A stretch of DNA of 64,000 nucleotides from an uncultured bacterium (lineage in GTDB: Bacteria; Zixibacteria; MSB-5A5; GN15; FEB-12): NCBI GenBank assembly GCA_965372795.1, contig CBDVDR010000006.1, positions 1-64,000 of the forward strand, written 5' to 3'. Both the position numbers and the translations under genes were made by a program. The stretch's first letter is position 1, and every line of letters starts with the position of its first letter. Below the pieces are notes generated by a model, which saw only the letters and a list, made by a program, of their open reading frames with translations, had not been told where the DNA came from and did not search any database. Positions 47,713 to 57,662 of this stretch are shown here, in pieces.

Positions 47713-48814
47713 ATGTTAGTTGAGCTGAAAAATAAAATTCCGAAGTTGATTGATAAACTTGATAAACTTGCGAGGTACCTTTGACCTCAATAGCAGAGTA
47801 AAAACTATAATCAAGTTGGAAGAAAAAACTATGGTTTCCGGATTCTGGGACAATAATCAGATTGCCCAGGCAATTCTTAAAGAAATTTCTGCACATAAAA
47901 AATGGGTTGAGACTCATTCTAAACTAAGTTCCGAGCTTGAAGATCTTAAAGAGTTTTTAGAAATCACAGAAGATGATACAAATGAAGCTAAAGAGCTTGA
48001 TAGCTCTTTTGAAGAATTTACTAATAATCTCGAAAAATTTGAGTTTTCAAGTTTTCTTTCCGGTCCCGATGATTTCCGTGATGCGATTGTTACGATTCAT
48101 CCGGGGGCAGGTGGAACCGAGTCTCAGGATTGGGCTCAGATGCTTTTCAGAATGTACAATCGCTGGGTTGAGCGTCGTGAATTCAATGTAGAATTAATGG
48201 ATTTTCAACCGGGTGACGAAGCCGGTTTAAAATCAGCAACTTTTGGTGTTAAAGGTGATTTTGCATACGGTTTTCTAAAAGCAGAATCAGGAGTTCATCG
48301 GTTAGTGCGCATCTCCCCTTTTGATGCAAACAGTCGCCGACATACTTCATTTGTATCTTTACATGTTTACCCAATTGTTGAAGACAATGTCGAGATTGAA
48401 ATTAAAGATGATGATGTCAGGATAGATACTTTTCGCGCTTCCGGCGCCGGTGGCCAGCACGTTAATAAAACCTCTTCCGCAATAAGAATCACCCATTTAG
48501 CAACTGGAATTGTAGTATCATGCCAATCTGAACGAAGCCAGCACAAAAACAAAGATTCAGCCTTTAAAGTTCTTAAAGCGCGCCTTTACCAAAGACATCG
48601 AGAAGAAGAAGCTAAGAAGATGGAAAAATTCGAGAAAAACAAAATGAAAATCGAATGGGGTTCTCAGATTCGTTCTTATGTTTTCCATCCCTATAATATG
48701 GTGAAAGACCACCGAACTTCAACAGAAACAAGTAACATTCAGGCAGTCATGGATGGTGACATTGATAAATTTATTGATGCCTATCTATCAAATCCTGATT
48801 TAAATATAAATTAA
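47713..48814 (+). CDS. prfB: Peptide chain release factor 2, translated via a programmed +1 frameshift
   Basis: Upstream ORF ATG 47713 (MLVELKNK...ARYL) ends at CTT-TGA-C (47779-47785); the +1 frame carries the SPF and GGQ motifs; AGGAG SD upstream. Confidence 0.95.
47772..47785 (+). promoter_or_regulatory. prfB +1 ribosomal frameshift site
   Basis: GAGGTAC-CTT-TGA-C: an internal SD-like sequence, the slippery Leu codon and a UGA stop. Confidence 0.93.
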
Positions 48815-48826
48815 AGTGAACATTGA

Positions 48827-49819
48827 ATGAACCCACTTGACAAAATCAAAGTACGAGCCAAAGAGAAGAATCGCCATGTTGTTCTTCCGGAAGGAACTGA
48901 ACCGCGGGTTATTCAGGCTGCCAAAAAAATAATTGATCTACAACTGGCACAAGTCACTCTTCTGGGATCATTGTCCGAGATTGAAATTCTTGCCAAAAAG
49001 TATGAGCTTGATCTAAATAAAATTACTGTCATAGATCCGTCATCTTCACAAGATTTTGACTTATATGTTGATGACTTTATGGAGCTTCGTAAAGTTAAAG
49101 CTCTATCGAAAGATGATGCCAAAGCGACTATCACAAAACCACTTTATTTTGGAGCGATGCTTCTCAAGCATGGCAAAGCCGATGGCTCGGTAGCCGGTTC
49201 GATCAATACAACCGGTGATGTCCTTCGAGCTGCCATTCATGTCCTTGGACTTAAAGAGGGCATTAAAGTAGTCTCAAGCTGTTTTATGATGACTTTGCCA
49301 AAATATCGTGATGTTGAGAATAAAGTATATCTTTATGCTGATGGCGCGGTAGTACCCAATCCGGATGCTGAACAGCTTGCTTCTATTGCTTCATCAACCG
49401 CTGATACAATGATAAATCTTTTAGGCATGGAACCTAAGATTGCGATGTTGTCATTTTCAACAAAGGGTTCAGCCAAACATAAAGATGTAGACAAAGTACA
49501 AAAAGCTTTTGAGATATTAAAAAACAATCGTCCTGAACTAAAAGTAGACGGAGAACTTCAAGTCGATGCCGCCATTGTACCGGAAATTGCAAATAGCAAA
49601 GCCCCGGATTCTCCAATTGGTGGAGATGCAAACATTTTGATATTCCCTGATCTTGATGCCGGGAATATCGCTTACAAATTGACCCAAAGGCTTGCCAAGG
49701 CTACTGCCACCGGTCCAATTATACAAGGTTTGGCACAACCGGCAAACGATCTGTCACGAGGATGTTCAGTTGATGATATTGTTGATGTCACCGCTATTGC
49801 GATGTTAATGAAAGGGTAA
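48827..49819 (+). CDS. pta: Phosphate acetyltransferase (short PTA_PTB form)
   Basis: VLPEG, AMLSFSTKGS, DGELQVDAA, FPDLDAGNIAYK and NDLSRGCS motifs. Confidence 0.92.
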   Translation: MNPLDKIKVRAKEKNRHVVLPEGTEPRVIQAAKKIIDLQLAQVTLLGSLSEIEILAKKYELDLNKITVIDPSSSQDFDLYVDDFMELRKVKALSKDDAKATITKPLYFGAMLLKHGKADGSVAGSINTTGDVLRAAIHVLGLKEGIKVVSSCFMMTLPKYRDVENKVYLYADGAVVPNPDAEQLASIASSTADTMINLLGMEPKIAMLSFSTKGSAKHKDVDKVQKAFEILKNNRPELKVDGELQVDAAIVPEIANSKAPDSPIGGDANILIFPDLDAGNIAYKLTQRLAKATATGPIIQGLAQPANDLSRGCSVDDIVDVTAIAMLMKG

Positions 49820-49824
49820 TGTAA

Positions 49825-51042
49825 ATGAGTATTAGCCAACTTGCCCGGGAAATTCAGGAATCGCCGACTCTGGTTATGAATGAGAAGGCTCGACTGCTTC
49901 GGGAAAAAGGAGAACCGGTTATACACCTTGGTTCAGGTGAACCAAAAAGTAAAGTACCGATTGATGCAATTTTAAGCTGTACTGCAAAACTTCAATCAGC
50001 AGATGTTCGTTATACGCCAACCGAGGGTATCCCCTCTCTCAGGAAAGCGATTATTCGTTATACCGAAGAAGCCTATAATAAAATTGTAGGACCGGAAAAT
50101 GTAATTGTTGCTAATGGTGCCAAGAATTCACTTTACAATATTCTGATGGCTATTATCAATCCTCAGGATGAAGTTATTATTCCGGCTCCTTACTGGGTCA
50201 GCTATCCTGAAATTGTAAAAATGATGTATGGCATACCGGTTATTGTAAAGCCAGAAGATGGTCGTTTTCAACCTCGCATGGAAGATATACTTGAAAAAGT
50301 AAGTTCCTATACCAAAGCGATTATAATCAATAGTCCAAACAATCCATCCGGTGCGGTCTATAGTGAAGATTTCATTAAAGAGATAGTAGAGTTTTGTGAG
50401 AAAAAAGAAATTTATTTAATAATGGATGATATCTATCACAAACTTGTTTTCGACAATAAAACTGCTGTTTCATGTTATAATTATGCCAAAGATAACTCCG
50501 ATTCTTCAAAGTTGATCGTTGTGAACGGTGTTTCCAAGATGTATGCGATGACAGGATTTCGAATCGGCTGGACAATAGCAAATAAAAAGCTCGTACAGGC
50601 AATGATTAATATTCAAGCCCAGAACACCTCCTGTCCATCAATTGTGGCACAGATGGCGGCTGCCGGAGCCTTAACCGGAGTTCAGAATTCAGTTGAAAGC
50701 CTCAGGCTGACATTGGAAAATAATCGCAATATTATGATTAATGAGTTAAAAGCCTTTAATGGAATACATGTCGAAGAACCTCATGGGACCTTCTACTGTC
50801 TGCCCGATTTTTCTGCTTATGAAAAAGATTCGGTCAAACTTGCCAACTTCCTGCTTGAAAAAGCATTGGTAGTAACTGTGCCCGGTAAAGAATTCGGAAT
50901 GGAAGGACATCTCAGGTTGAGTTATTGCGGAAGTATCAAAGAGATTACCGAAGGTATTGCCCGTATAAAATGGGCTATTGATCCTGAGGCTCCCAATGAA
51001 ATTTACATCGGCGACCGCAAGCTGAGGAGGGATTGGAAATGA
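49825..51042 (+). CDS. PLP-dependent class I/II aminotransferase (aspartate aminotransferase-like)
   Basis: GEP, PYWVSY, NSPNNPSG, DDIY and SKMYAMTGFRIG motifs. Confidence 0.9.
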   Translation: MSISQLAREIQESPTLVMNEKARLLREKGEPVIHLGSGEPKSKVPIDAILSCTAKLQSADVRYTPTEGIPSLRKAIIRYTEEAYNKIVGPENVIVANGAKNSLYNILMAIINPQDEVIIPAPYWVSYPEIVKMMYGIPVIVKPEDGRFQPRMEDILEKVSSYTKAIIINSPNNPSGAVYSEDFIKEIVEFCEKKEIYLIMDDIYHKLVFDNKTAVSCYNYAKDNSDSSKLIVVNGVSKMYAMTGFRIGWTIANKKLVQAMINIQAQNTSCPSIVAQMAAAGALTGVQNSVESLRLTLENNRNIMINELKAFNGIHVEEPHGTFYCLPDFSAYEKDSVKLANFLLEKALVVTVPGKEFGMEGHLRLSYCGSIKEITEGIARIKWAIDPEAPNEIYIGDRKLRRDWK

Positions 51043-52694
51043 GCAACTATATAATTGATATAAAAACTCCGGCTCAGGATCAGGCTAAAAAAGTTAAATC
51101 TGATTACGGTTTAAAAAATCTTGGATTGAGAAATCTAAATAATGTTTATTGGAATTTAACTACAGAAGCTCTTTATGAAGAAGTGATTTTTCGTCGTGAA
51201 GGTCGCATCTCTCATCAGGGACCGATTGTGGTTGACACCGGTAAACATACTGCAAGAGCGGCAAAGGATAAATTTGTTGTTCGTGAAACAGAGAGTGAAG
51301 ATCATGTCTGGTGGGGTGAGTATAATCGCCCGTTTAATCCTGATAATTTCAACCGCGTCTTTCAAAGATTACAAGGATTTTTACAGGGTCGCGATCTGTT
51401 CGTTCAGGATTGTTATGCCGGAGCTGATCCTAAATTTCGTTTACCGGTAAGAATTATCACCGAATATGCCTGGCATTCGATTTTTGCCCGTAATATGTTT
51501 ATTGAAGCCGAGACTCATGACGAACTTCGTCAGTTTATCCCCGGATTTACAGTGATCTCGATCCCTTCATTTCAGGGATTACCGGAAATTGACGGTACGC
51601 TTTCCCCTACTTTTATCCTGCTGAATCTTGAACAAAAACTTTGCATCATTGGCGGCACCGGTTATGGTGGTGAAATCAAAAAATCAGTTTTCACTGTGCT
51701 AAATTATCTTCTGCCTCTTCAGGGAATTATGACCATGCACTGCTCGGCTAATGTTGGAGCAAATAAAGAGTCAGCTTTATTCTTTGGACTTTCCGGTACT
51801 GGTAAGACTACTCTTTCAGCCGATCCAAAACGCGGACTGGTTGGAGATGATGAACATGGCTGGAGCGATGACGGTATCTTCAATTTTGAAGGTGGTTGTT
51901 ATGCCAAAGTTATTGCGCTTTCACCAACGGCCGAACCGCAAATTCATGCCTGCACCCAAAAATTCGGTACAATTTTGGAAAATGTCATTTATGATCCGGT
52001 TACCAGATTACTTGATCTTGATGATGAACATCTGACCGAAAACACACGGGCTGCTTATCCGCTGGAATTTATTGATAATGCTATTCCTGAAAAGATGGCG
52101 GGACATCCCAAAAATATCATCATGCTGACTTGTGATGCTTCTGGTGTAATGCCTCCAATTTCGAAACTTACACCGGAACAGGCGATGTACCATTTTATTT
52201 CCGGTTATACATCTAAAGTAAGTGGAACCGAGATTGATCTTGGCAAAGAGCCGGAGATCACGTTCTCTGCCTGTTTTGGGGCTCCATTTATGGTGCACCA
52301 TCCTTATTATTATGCTGATCTGTTACGAAACAAGATCAACAAGTATGATGTCAATTGCTGGCTGGTAAACACCGGCTGGACCGGAGGACCTTATGGTATT
52401 GGTAAGCGGATGTCGATACGTTATACCCGTACTTTATTGAATGCCGCTCTTGACGGGAAACTTCTTGATGTAGAATATTATACCGATCCTGTTTTTGGAT
52501 TCCAGGTACCAAAAGAGTGCGAGGGTGTTCCTGAATCGGTTTTGAACCCGATCAATACCTGGGGTGATAAGAAAGCTTTTCAGGATAAGTATCTTATGCT
52601 GGCATCTCTCTTTAATGAGAATTTCAAGAAATTCAAGGATGGTTGCCCTGACGATGTTATAAAATCAGGTCCGGTGAAAAAGAAATTTCTATAG
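51039..52694 (+). CDS. pckA: Phosphoenolpyruvate carboxykinase (ATP)
   Basis: YGGEIKKS, MHCSAN, FFGLSGTGKTTLS, GDDEHGW, EGGCYAK and ENTRAAYP motifs; ATGA overlap with the upstream gene. Confidence 0.96.
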   Translation: MSNYIIDIKTPAQDQAKKVKSDYGLKNLGLRNLNNVYWNLTTEALYEEVIFRREGRISHQGPIVVDTGKHTARAAKDKFVVRETESEDHVWWGEYNRPFNPDNFNRVFQRLQGFLQGRDLFVQDCYAGADPKFRLPVRIITEYAWHSIFARNMFIEAETHDELRQFIPGFTVISIPSFQGLPEIDGTLSPTFILLNLEQKLCIIGGTGYGGEIKKSVFTVLNYLLPLQGIMTMHCSANVGANKESALFFGLSGTGKTTLSADPKRGLVGDDEHGWSDDGIFNFEGGCYAKVIALSPTAEPQIHACTQKFGTILENVIYDPVTRLLDLDDEHLTENTRAAYPLEFIDNAIPEKMAGHPKNIIMLTCDASGVMPPISKLTPEQAMYHFISGYTSKVSGTEIDLGKEPEITFSACFGAPFMVHHPYYYADLLRNKINKYDVNCWLVNTGWTGGPYGIGKRMSIRYTRTLLNAALDGKLLDVEYYTDPVFGFQVPKECEGVPESVLNPINTWGDKKAFQDKYLMLASLFNENFKKFKDGCPDDVIKSGPVKKKFL

Positions 52695-52715
52695 GCTTTA
52701 TCTATATTAAATATT

Positions 52716-52745
52716 AAAACCGCAGATTTTATCTGCGGTTTTTTT
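52716..52745 (+). terminator. Intrinsic terminator after pckA
   Basis: AAAACCGCAGAT-ttt-ATCTGCGGTTTT followed by further Ts. Confidence 0.88.
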
Positions 52746-52811
52746 ATTGATTACAATTTTACTATCTACGATCTTAATACAAATTGATTATTAATAATTA
52801 TGGAGTGCTCA

Positions 52812-53138
52812 ATGTCATTTATAGATTTAGACAAACTTGAAGAACGTGAACTTCTTCCCGGATTTAGAGTTCGCATGGTTCATACCGACAACATGACTTT
52901 AGCCTATTGGACAATCAAACCCGGATCAATACTGCCCAATCACTCACATTCACAGGAACAAGTTACTAATCTGCTTGCTGGCGAGTTAGAGTTGACCATT
53001 GAAGGAGTTACTCGAAAGTTAAAACCGGGATTTGCGGCTGTGATTCCCCCCAATGTAGAGCATGCCGGTAAAGCTATTACTGAATGTAAAGTGCTTGATA
53101 TTTTTCATCCCGTCCGTGCGGATTATAAAGAGAAATAG
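52812..53138 (+). CDS. Cupin domain protein
   Basis: PNHSHSQEQ...GEL, IPPNVEH and DIFHPVRADY motifs; GGAG SD before ATG 52812. Confidence 0.85.
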   Translation: MSFIDLDKLEERELLPGFRVRMVHTDNMTLAYWTIKPGSILPNHSHSQEQVTNLLAGELELTIEGVTRKLKPGFAAVIPPNVEHAGKAITECKVLDIFHPVRADYKEK

Positions 53139-53150
53139 TCAGACTATTTT

Positions 53151-54737
53151 TTAGATTCCCAATGCCTTAATAAAATATTCCGATTTCAAACTCTCTTCGG
53201 TGCCTCTTTCCAGAAGATTCTGCCAATCATAGCGACTGCCAAACCTTAAATAATTTTGCACCAGAAACGCTTTGGTCATAGCGTTGCCTTCAAAATCGGT
53301 ATAATTATTCTTTATATATGCAACCGTTTGAGCTGTTATCATATCAGCATAGAGATAATTCTGCATATATACAGGGTGGGTATTATAATAAAACAGAGCT
53401 GCCCATGGTTTGATATCTTCGTGGCGGGGAAGCATCATATATTCATCAACTAAATTCCAATATAATTTATTCAGATTGGCTTGTGAATTTGTATAAGCCT
53501 GAAGTTCAAATTGCAATCTAACTAAAGTAGTGCGAAGATAGATTATATCCTGTTCATGTTTGGCTTCAATATAACGCTTGGCAACCGGTTCCGGCACGGA
53601 AGCATATTTTAATAAACCCTCTTTACTTTCGATAAGCGAAGCAAAAATCTGAGCAATTGCCTCGGTCCATACTCCTGAAATCCAGTTTTTGAAAAGATGA
53701 CTTTTCTGAGAGATATGAGCAGCATAAAGAGTGTGCCCGATTTCATGTAAGAGGGTGCGGGTGCTGTATAATCCGTTAGTTAAATTCCCAAGCACTCTCA
53801 TATCATGTGGCGGTTTAATCTGAAAAGCATAAGCAGCCTGTGATTTTCCTTCACGCGGTTCAAGATCAAAATATATCGGAAGTTTATCGATATTGATATC
53901 AATATCTTCAAGCGCATCTTTGATAAAATACATTTGTGAATCGATTGGGAAATATCGGTCAACGTCGTTTTGAACATCGGCATAGGCATACCCAAGATCC
54001 CAGACCTGAAGCTGGTTGACCTGAAGTTTTTGTTTTATTTTTTCAAGGATCGTCTGGTATGGTGCCCGGCTTAGCTCGTCTAAGTTTTTGAGCAATTGTT
54101 TATATTCATCAAGTTTCAGTGATTGCTGTTTGAATGAAAATGAAAAGTAATTACTGTACCCATGCTTTCCGGCGGCTTGGTTGCGGAGTCGGAACAGTCG
54201 TTCCATTTTATCAGAGAGTTCTAATCCAATAGAAGTCCAGGCTTTGTAGGCTGATTCGCGAATTGAACGATTACGATTGGTGCGGAAAATTTTATAAAGT
54301 TCATTGGATGTTTTTTGTTCACCATTATAATCAGCCCGATAGTTCATGTCGATGGTTGATATTGAATCTCTAAGGGCTGCAATCTTTGAAGATGATTCAA
54401 TATCCGGAGAATTAAAAGCGTTATTCAGCATTTCCCATCGGGTAACATCAGCATCATCAGAGATATTTTTTTTCCCTTTGGCAATTTTACTCGCTGTCTC
54501 TTCATCTGATAGAAGATACGCGTAAAGGTCTTCGTAGTATTTTAGAGAATCCTTTTTACCGGTTGTGTAGTAGGTCCAGCGTTCGAGATTTATGCGATAG
54601 TCGAGCCACTCAATTTTTTGTTCTAACGAATCCATCAAAATTAGAATATCAGAGGCAGCAACATTCTTAACCGGTGCTATTATCAAAATTAATATCACGA
54701 GAACAAAACTTATAGAAAAAATTGAAATCCGTTTCAT
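53151..54737 (-). CDS. Secreted M3/M2-like (gluzincin) metallopeptidase
   Basis: Signal peptide; LRNQAA..HGYSNY, LLHEIGH followed by a downstream E (TEAIAQ), HPVYMQNY. Confidence 0.75.
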   Translation of the reverse strand: MKRISIFSISFVLVILILIIAPVKNVAASDILILMDSLEQKIEWLDYRINLERWTYYTTGKKDSLKYYEDLYAYLLSDEETASKIAKGKKNISDDADVTRWEMLNNAFNSPDIESSSKIAALRDSISTIDMNYRADYNGEQKTSNELYKIFRTNRNRSIRESAYKAWTSIGLELSDKMERLFRLRNQAAGKHGYSNYFSFSFKQQSLKLDEYKQLLKNLDELSRAPYQTILEKIKQKLQVNQLQVWDLGYAYADVQNDVDRYFPIDSQMYFIKDALEDIDINIDKLPIYFDLEPREGKSQAAYAFQIKPPHDMRVLGNLTNGLYSTRTLLHEIGHTLYAAHISQKSHLFKNWISGVWTEAIAQIFASLIESKEGLLKYASVPEPVAKRYIEAKHEQDIIYLRTTLVRLQFELQAYTNSQANLNKLYWNLVDEYMMLPRHEDIKPWAALFYYNTHPVYMQNYLYADMITAQTVAYIKNNYTDFEGNAMTKAFLVQNYLRFGSRYDWQNLLERGTEESLKSEYFIKALGI

Positions 54738-54743
54738 TATAAA

Positions 54744-55193
54744 TTATCCTTTAGTATTATCAGCAAAATAAGATAAAGCCATCGCATAGCCATAGTATCC
54801 AAACCCAACAACATGTCCGATGCAAATCGGCGCAATTACCGATTTATGACGGAACTCTTCCCGGCTGTAAATATTTGAGATATGAACCTCAACCGTTGGA
54901 GTTTCAACTGCCGAAATAGCATCACGCAAGGCGTAACTGTAATGAGTTAATGCGCCCGGATTTATTATTATGCCATCGGCTTCAAAACCATTGTCATGGA
55001 TAAAATCAATAATTGCTGACTCGGAATTGGACTGGAAAAATGTTAGTTCGACTTTAAGGTCATCAGCCACGTTTTGTAGTCGATTGTTAAGTTCATCCAG
55101 AGTCGTAGTTCCGTAAACTTCCGGTTCACGTTTTCCGAGCAGATTCAGGTTTGGTCCATTTATTACCAAAATTTTAGGCAATTTTTCCTCCAT
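54744..55193 (-). CDS. aroQ: Type II 3-dehydroquinate dehydratase
   Basis: NGPNLNLLGKREPEVYG, NPGALTHYS and EVHISN motifs. Confidence 0.95.
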   Translation of the reverse strand: MEEKLPKILVINGPNLNLLGKREPEVYGTTTLDELNNRLQNVADDLKVELTFFQSNSESAIIDFIHDNGFEADGIIINPGALTHYSYALRDAISAVETPTVEVHISNIYSREEFRHKSVIAPICIGHVVGFGYYGYAMALSYFADNTKG

Positions 55194-56286
55194 GATTTTC
55201 ATAAAGCTTGATCATCTCTTTTAAAGATTTTTTAATCAAAGCTTTGCTTATTCCTTTTCTTATAAAAGGCTTTCCCGGCTTTTTAAGCAAGATGAAATTA
55301 ATATCGTCACCTTGACGCTTTTTATCAAGTGCCATCGCAGACAACAGCTCGTTTTCAGCCAGATTAATTTTTGGAATTTGCTGTATCGCATTTAAAATAA
55401 GCGATTTATAGCTTTTTAACGCATTCTTAGTTTTAGGATCAATTTTTTCGCTCAGCGCAACAGTTCCAAGTAATCCGATTAAAACAGCTTCACCATGCGA
55501 TATTTTTTTATACCCGTTTATTTTTTCAATCGCATGACCAAAAGTGTGCCCCAGATTTAATAGCATTCGCAGGCGATTTTCTGTTTCATCCCGACTGACA
55601 ATATCTGACTTATATGAAGCTGATAATATAATTAGTTTTTTAAGATATCTATCATCATATCGGTTTTCTGATAATAAATAATTATTGGTAAGTTTTAAAT
55701 AATCAGCACCGATCAATCCGGCATATTTGATGATTTCCCCTAAGCCGCACATAATCTCTTTTTCAGACAAGGTTTGTAAATATTCAGTATTGCAAAAGAC
55801 AAATGACGGTTGATGAAATGCCCCGATAAGATTTTTGCCTTCGGAATGATTTATCCCGGTTTTGCCGCCAATTGAAGCATCAACCATCCCAAGCAATGTT
55901 GTTGATACTATCCCCCATCTAACTCCTCTTAATACTGAAGCAGCAAGATAACCGACCAGATCGCTGGTAACCCCGCCTCCACAGGCAAGAATGAAATCGG
56001 TTCGGCTTATTTTTTCAGACAGAAGATAAGAATGAAGTTTTGACAACATTCTTTCAGATTTTATTTTTTCACCGGATGGCAAAACCATCAGGTTAGTACC
56101 TTTAAATTTTTTAAGAACTTTTAAAATCCCAACATGATGCAAAGCATAGAAATTTGCATCGACAAAAACAAACAGCTTTCCGGATTTTACATGTTTGGTA
56201 AGCTGCTGTTCAAGTTTTTCTAATCCGGATGATTCGATGATGACCGGATATAAATTTTTATGAAGTTTTACTTTAACTGTTGGCAT
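55174..56286 (-). CDS. aroB: 3-dehydroquinate synthase
   Basis: GGGVTSD, TTLLGMVDASIGGKTGIN, KNLIGAFHQP, LNLGHTFGHAIE and HGEAV motifs. Confidence 0.95.
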   Translation of the reverse strand: MPTVKVKLHKNLYPVIIESSGLEKLEQQLTKHVKSGKLFVFVDANFYALHHVGILKVLKKFKGTNLMVLPSGEKIKSERMLSKLHSYLLSEKISRTDFILACGGGVTSDLVGYLAASVLRGVRWGIVSTTLLGMVDASIGGKTGINHSEGKNLIGAFHQPSFVFCNTEYLQTLSEKEIMCGLGEIIKYAGLIGADYLKLTNNYLLSENRYDDRYLKKLIILSASYKSDIVSRDETENRLRMLLNLGHTFGHAIEKINGYKKISHGEAVLIGLLGTVALSEKIDPKTKNALKSYKSLILNAIQQIPKINLAENELLSAMALDKKRQGDDINFILLKKPGKPFIRKGISKALIKKSLKEMIKLYENHGGKIA

Positions 56287-56809
56287 CTAACCTTTTCAAT
56301 TTCTTTATAATTTCATTAACTGTCTGATTGATAGTTTTACTCGTCGTTAATACTATTATATCGGCTTTTTTATAGTTTCCCCTTCTTTTTTCAAGAAGCT
56401 GACCTAATTTTGCCAAGAATGCTATTCGTGAGATTGGTTGTCCAGAGTTCAGCAAAGGACGGTCAGTATGGCTTTTAAGACGTTTGTAAATTTCAGTTTT
56501 AGCACAACTTAGATAAACAGTATAACCGCTATCTTTCAGTTTTTTACGATTATGGGCTGATTGAAAAGCACCGCCACCTAAGGCGGCAACACTCGATCTA
56601 TTATCGTTTATTATTTTCGTAATTGTTTCAAATTCATATATTCTGAAGGATTTTTCACCTTGAGTTTTGAAAATATTTGAAATTGTTTTCCTCTGCTTCT
56701 TTTCTATCATTGCATCAGAATCGACAAAGTTGAGCTTCAGTTTCTGAGCCAGTTTTGGACCGACAGTTGATTTGCCTGAACCGGATAAGCCTATTAAATA
56801 AATATTCAT
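56273..56809 (-). CDS. aroK: Shikimate kinase
   Basis: GLSGSGKSTVG, DSD, GEKSFR, LGGG and RPLL motifs. Confidence 0.92.
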   Translation of the reverse strand: MNIYLIGLSGSGKSTVGPKLAQKLKLNFVDSDAMIEKKQRKTISNIFKTQGEKSFRIYEFETITKIINDNRSSVAALGGGAFQSAHNRKKLKDSGYTVYLSCAKTEIYKRLKSHTDRPLLNSGQPISRIAFLAKLGQLLEKRRGNYKKADIIVLTTSKTINQTVNEIIKKLKRLDANS

Positions 56810-56820
56810 ATTGTTTATTC

Positions 56821-57657
56821 TTATTCGGGAAACACTAAAGTATATAATTTATCGATATCAACATCCAAACCAGACCAGATATTGAAAGATTTAACAGCCT
56901 GGGCAACCAGCATCATTTTTCCATTAATTGAGATATTACCTGCTGATTTAGCAAGTTTTACAATTTTGTTGTCAGAATTATAGTTCAGATCAAAATATGC
57001 AAGCTCTGCATTTTCAAATAAATTATCATGTACAGGAAATACGTCAGGATAATTAAATCCTCCGAGCGGAGTACAATTGACAACAATATCAGTATTTGCC
57101 TCAATGGCCTGATTAGTTAAAATCGGATTAGTTGTCAAAGAAAAAGCAGCCTCGGGGAAATTTTTATTTAAGATTTCTATCGCAGCTTCTGTTTTTAATC
57201 TGTCTCTTGCGGCAATAATAAATTTTCTAACATTAAAATCATTATACAAAGCAAAGATAATAGCTTGAGCGGCTCCCCCTATGCCAAGGATAATCGCTTT
57301 ATTAAAATTTTTATTTCCCGCTAACCTTTTTAAGCTTTCTGAAAATCCAAAGCAATCGGTATTGTGCCCGATTAATTGATTATTGGTTATATGTACTGAA
57401 TTAACCGAACCGGTCTGTCGGGCAGAAATATCAATTTTGTCAAGATATTGCATGACTTCTTTTTTATGAGGAATTGTCACAGAAAAACCATTAAAAGAAT
57501 TATCTTTCAACCAGATCAATTTTTCTGAAATTTCTTCCTTGGGACAATCAATAATTTCAAATTGACCTTTAAGATTCAACAACGAAAAAATAGCTTCGAA
57601 GATATCTTTGGATTTGGAGTATCCAATATTTTGTCCCAAAACCGCAAATTTTAACAT
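56821..57657 (-). CDS. aroE: Shikimate dehydrogenase
   Basis: SKS, SVTIPHK, GSVNS, NTDCFG, LGIGGAA, NCTPLG, DLNY and MLVAQA motifs. Confidence 0.9.
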   Translation of the reverse strand: MLKFAVLGQNIGYSKSKDIFEAIFSLLNLKGQFEIIDCPKEEISEKLIWLKDNSFNGFSVTIPHKKEVMQYLDKIDISARQTGSVNSVHITNNQLIGHNTDCFGFSESLKRLAGNKNFNKAIILGIGGAAQAIIFALYNDFNVRKFIIAARDRLKTEAAIEILNKNFPEAAFSLTTNPILTNQAIEANTDIVVNCTPLGGFNYPDVFPVHDNLFENAELAYFDLNYNSDNKIVKLAKSAGNISINGKMMLVAQAVKSFNIWSGLDVDIDKLYTLVFPE

Positions 57658-57662
57658 AAGTA

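Noticed and set aside
47750..47781. ORF-track start of prfB at TTG 47750
   Set aside because: The true start is ATG 47713 in another frame, joined by the +1 frameshift.
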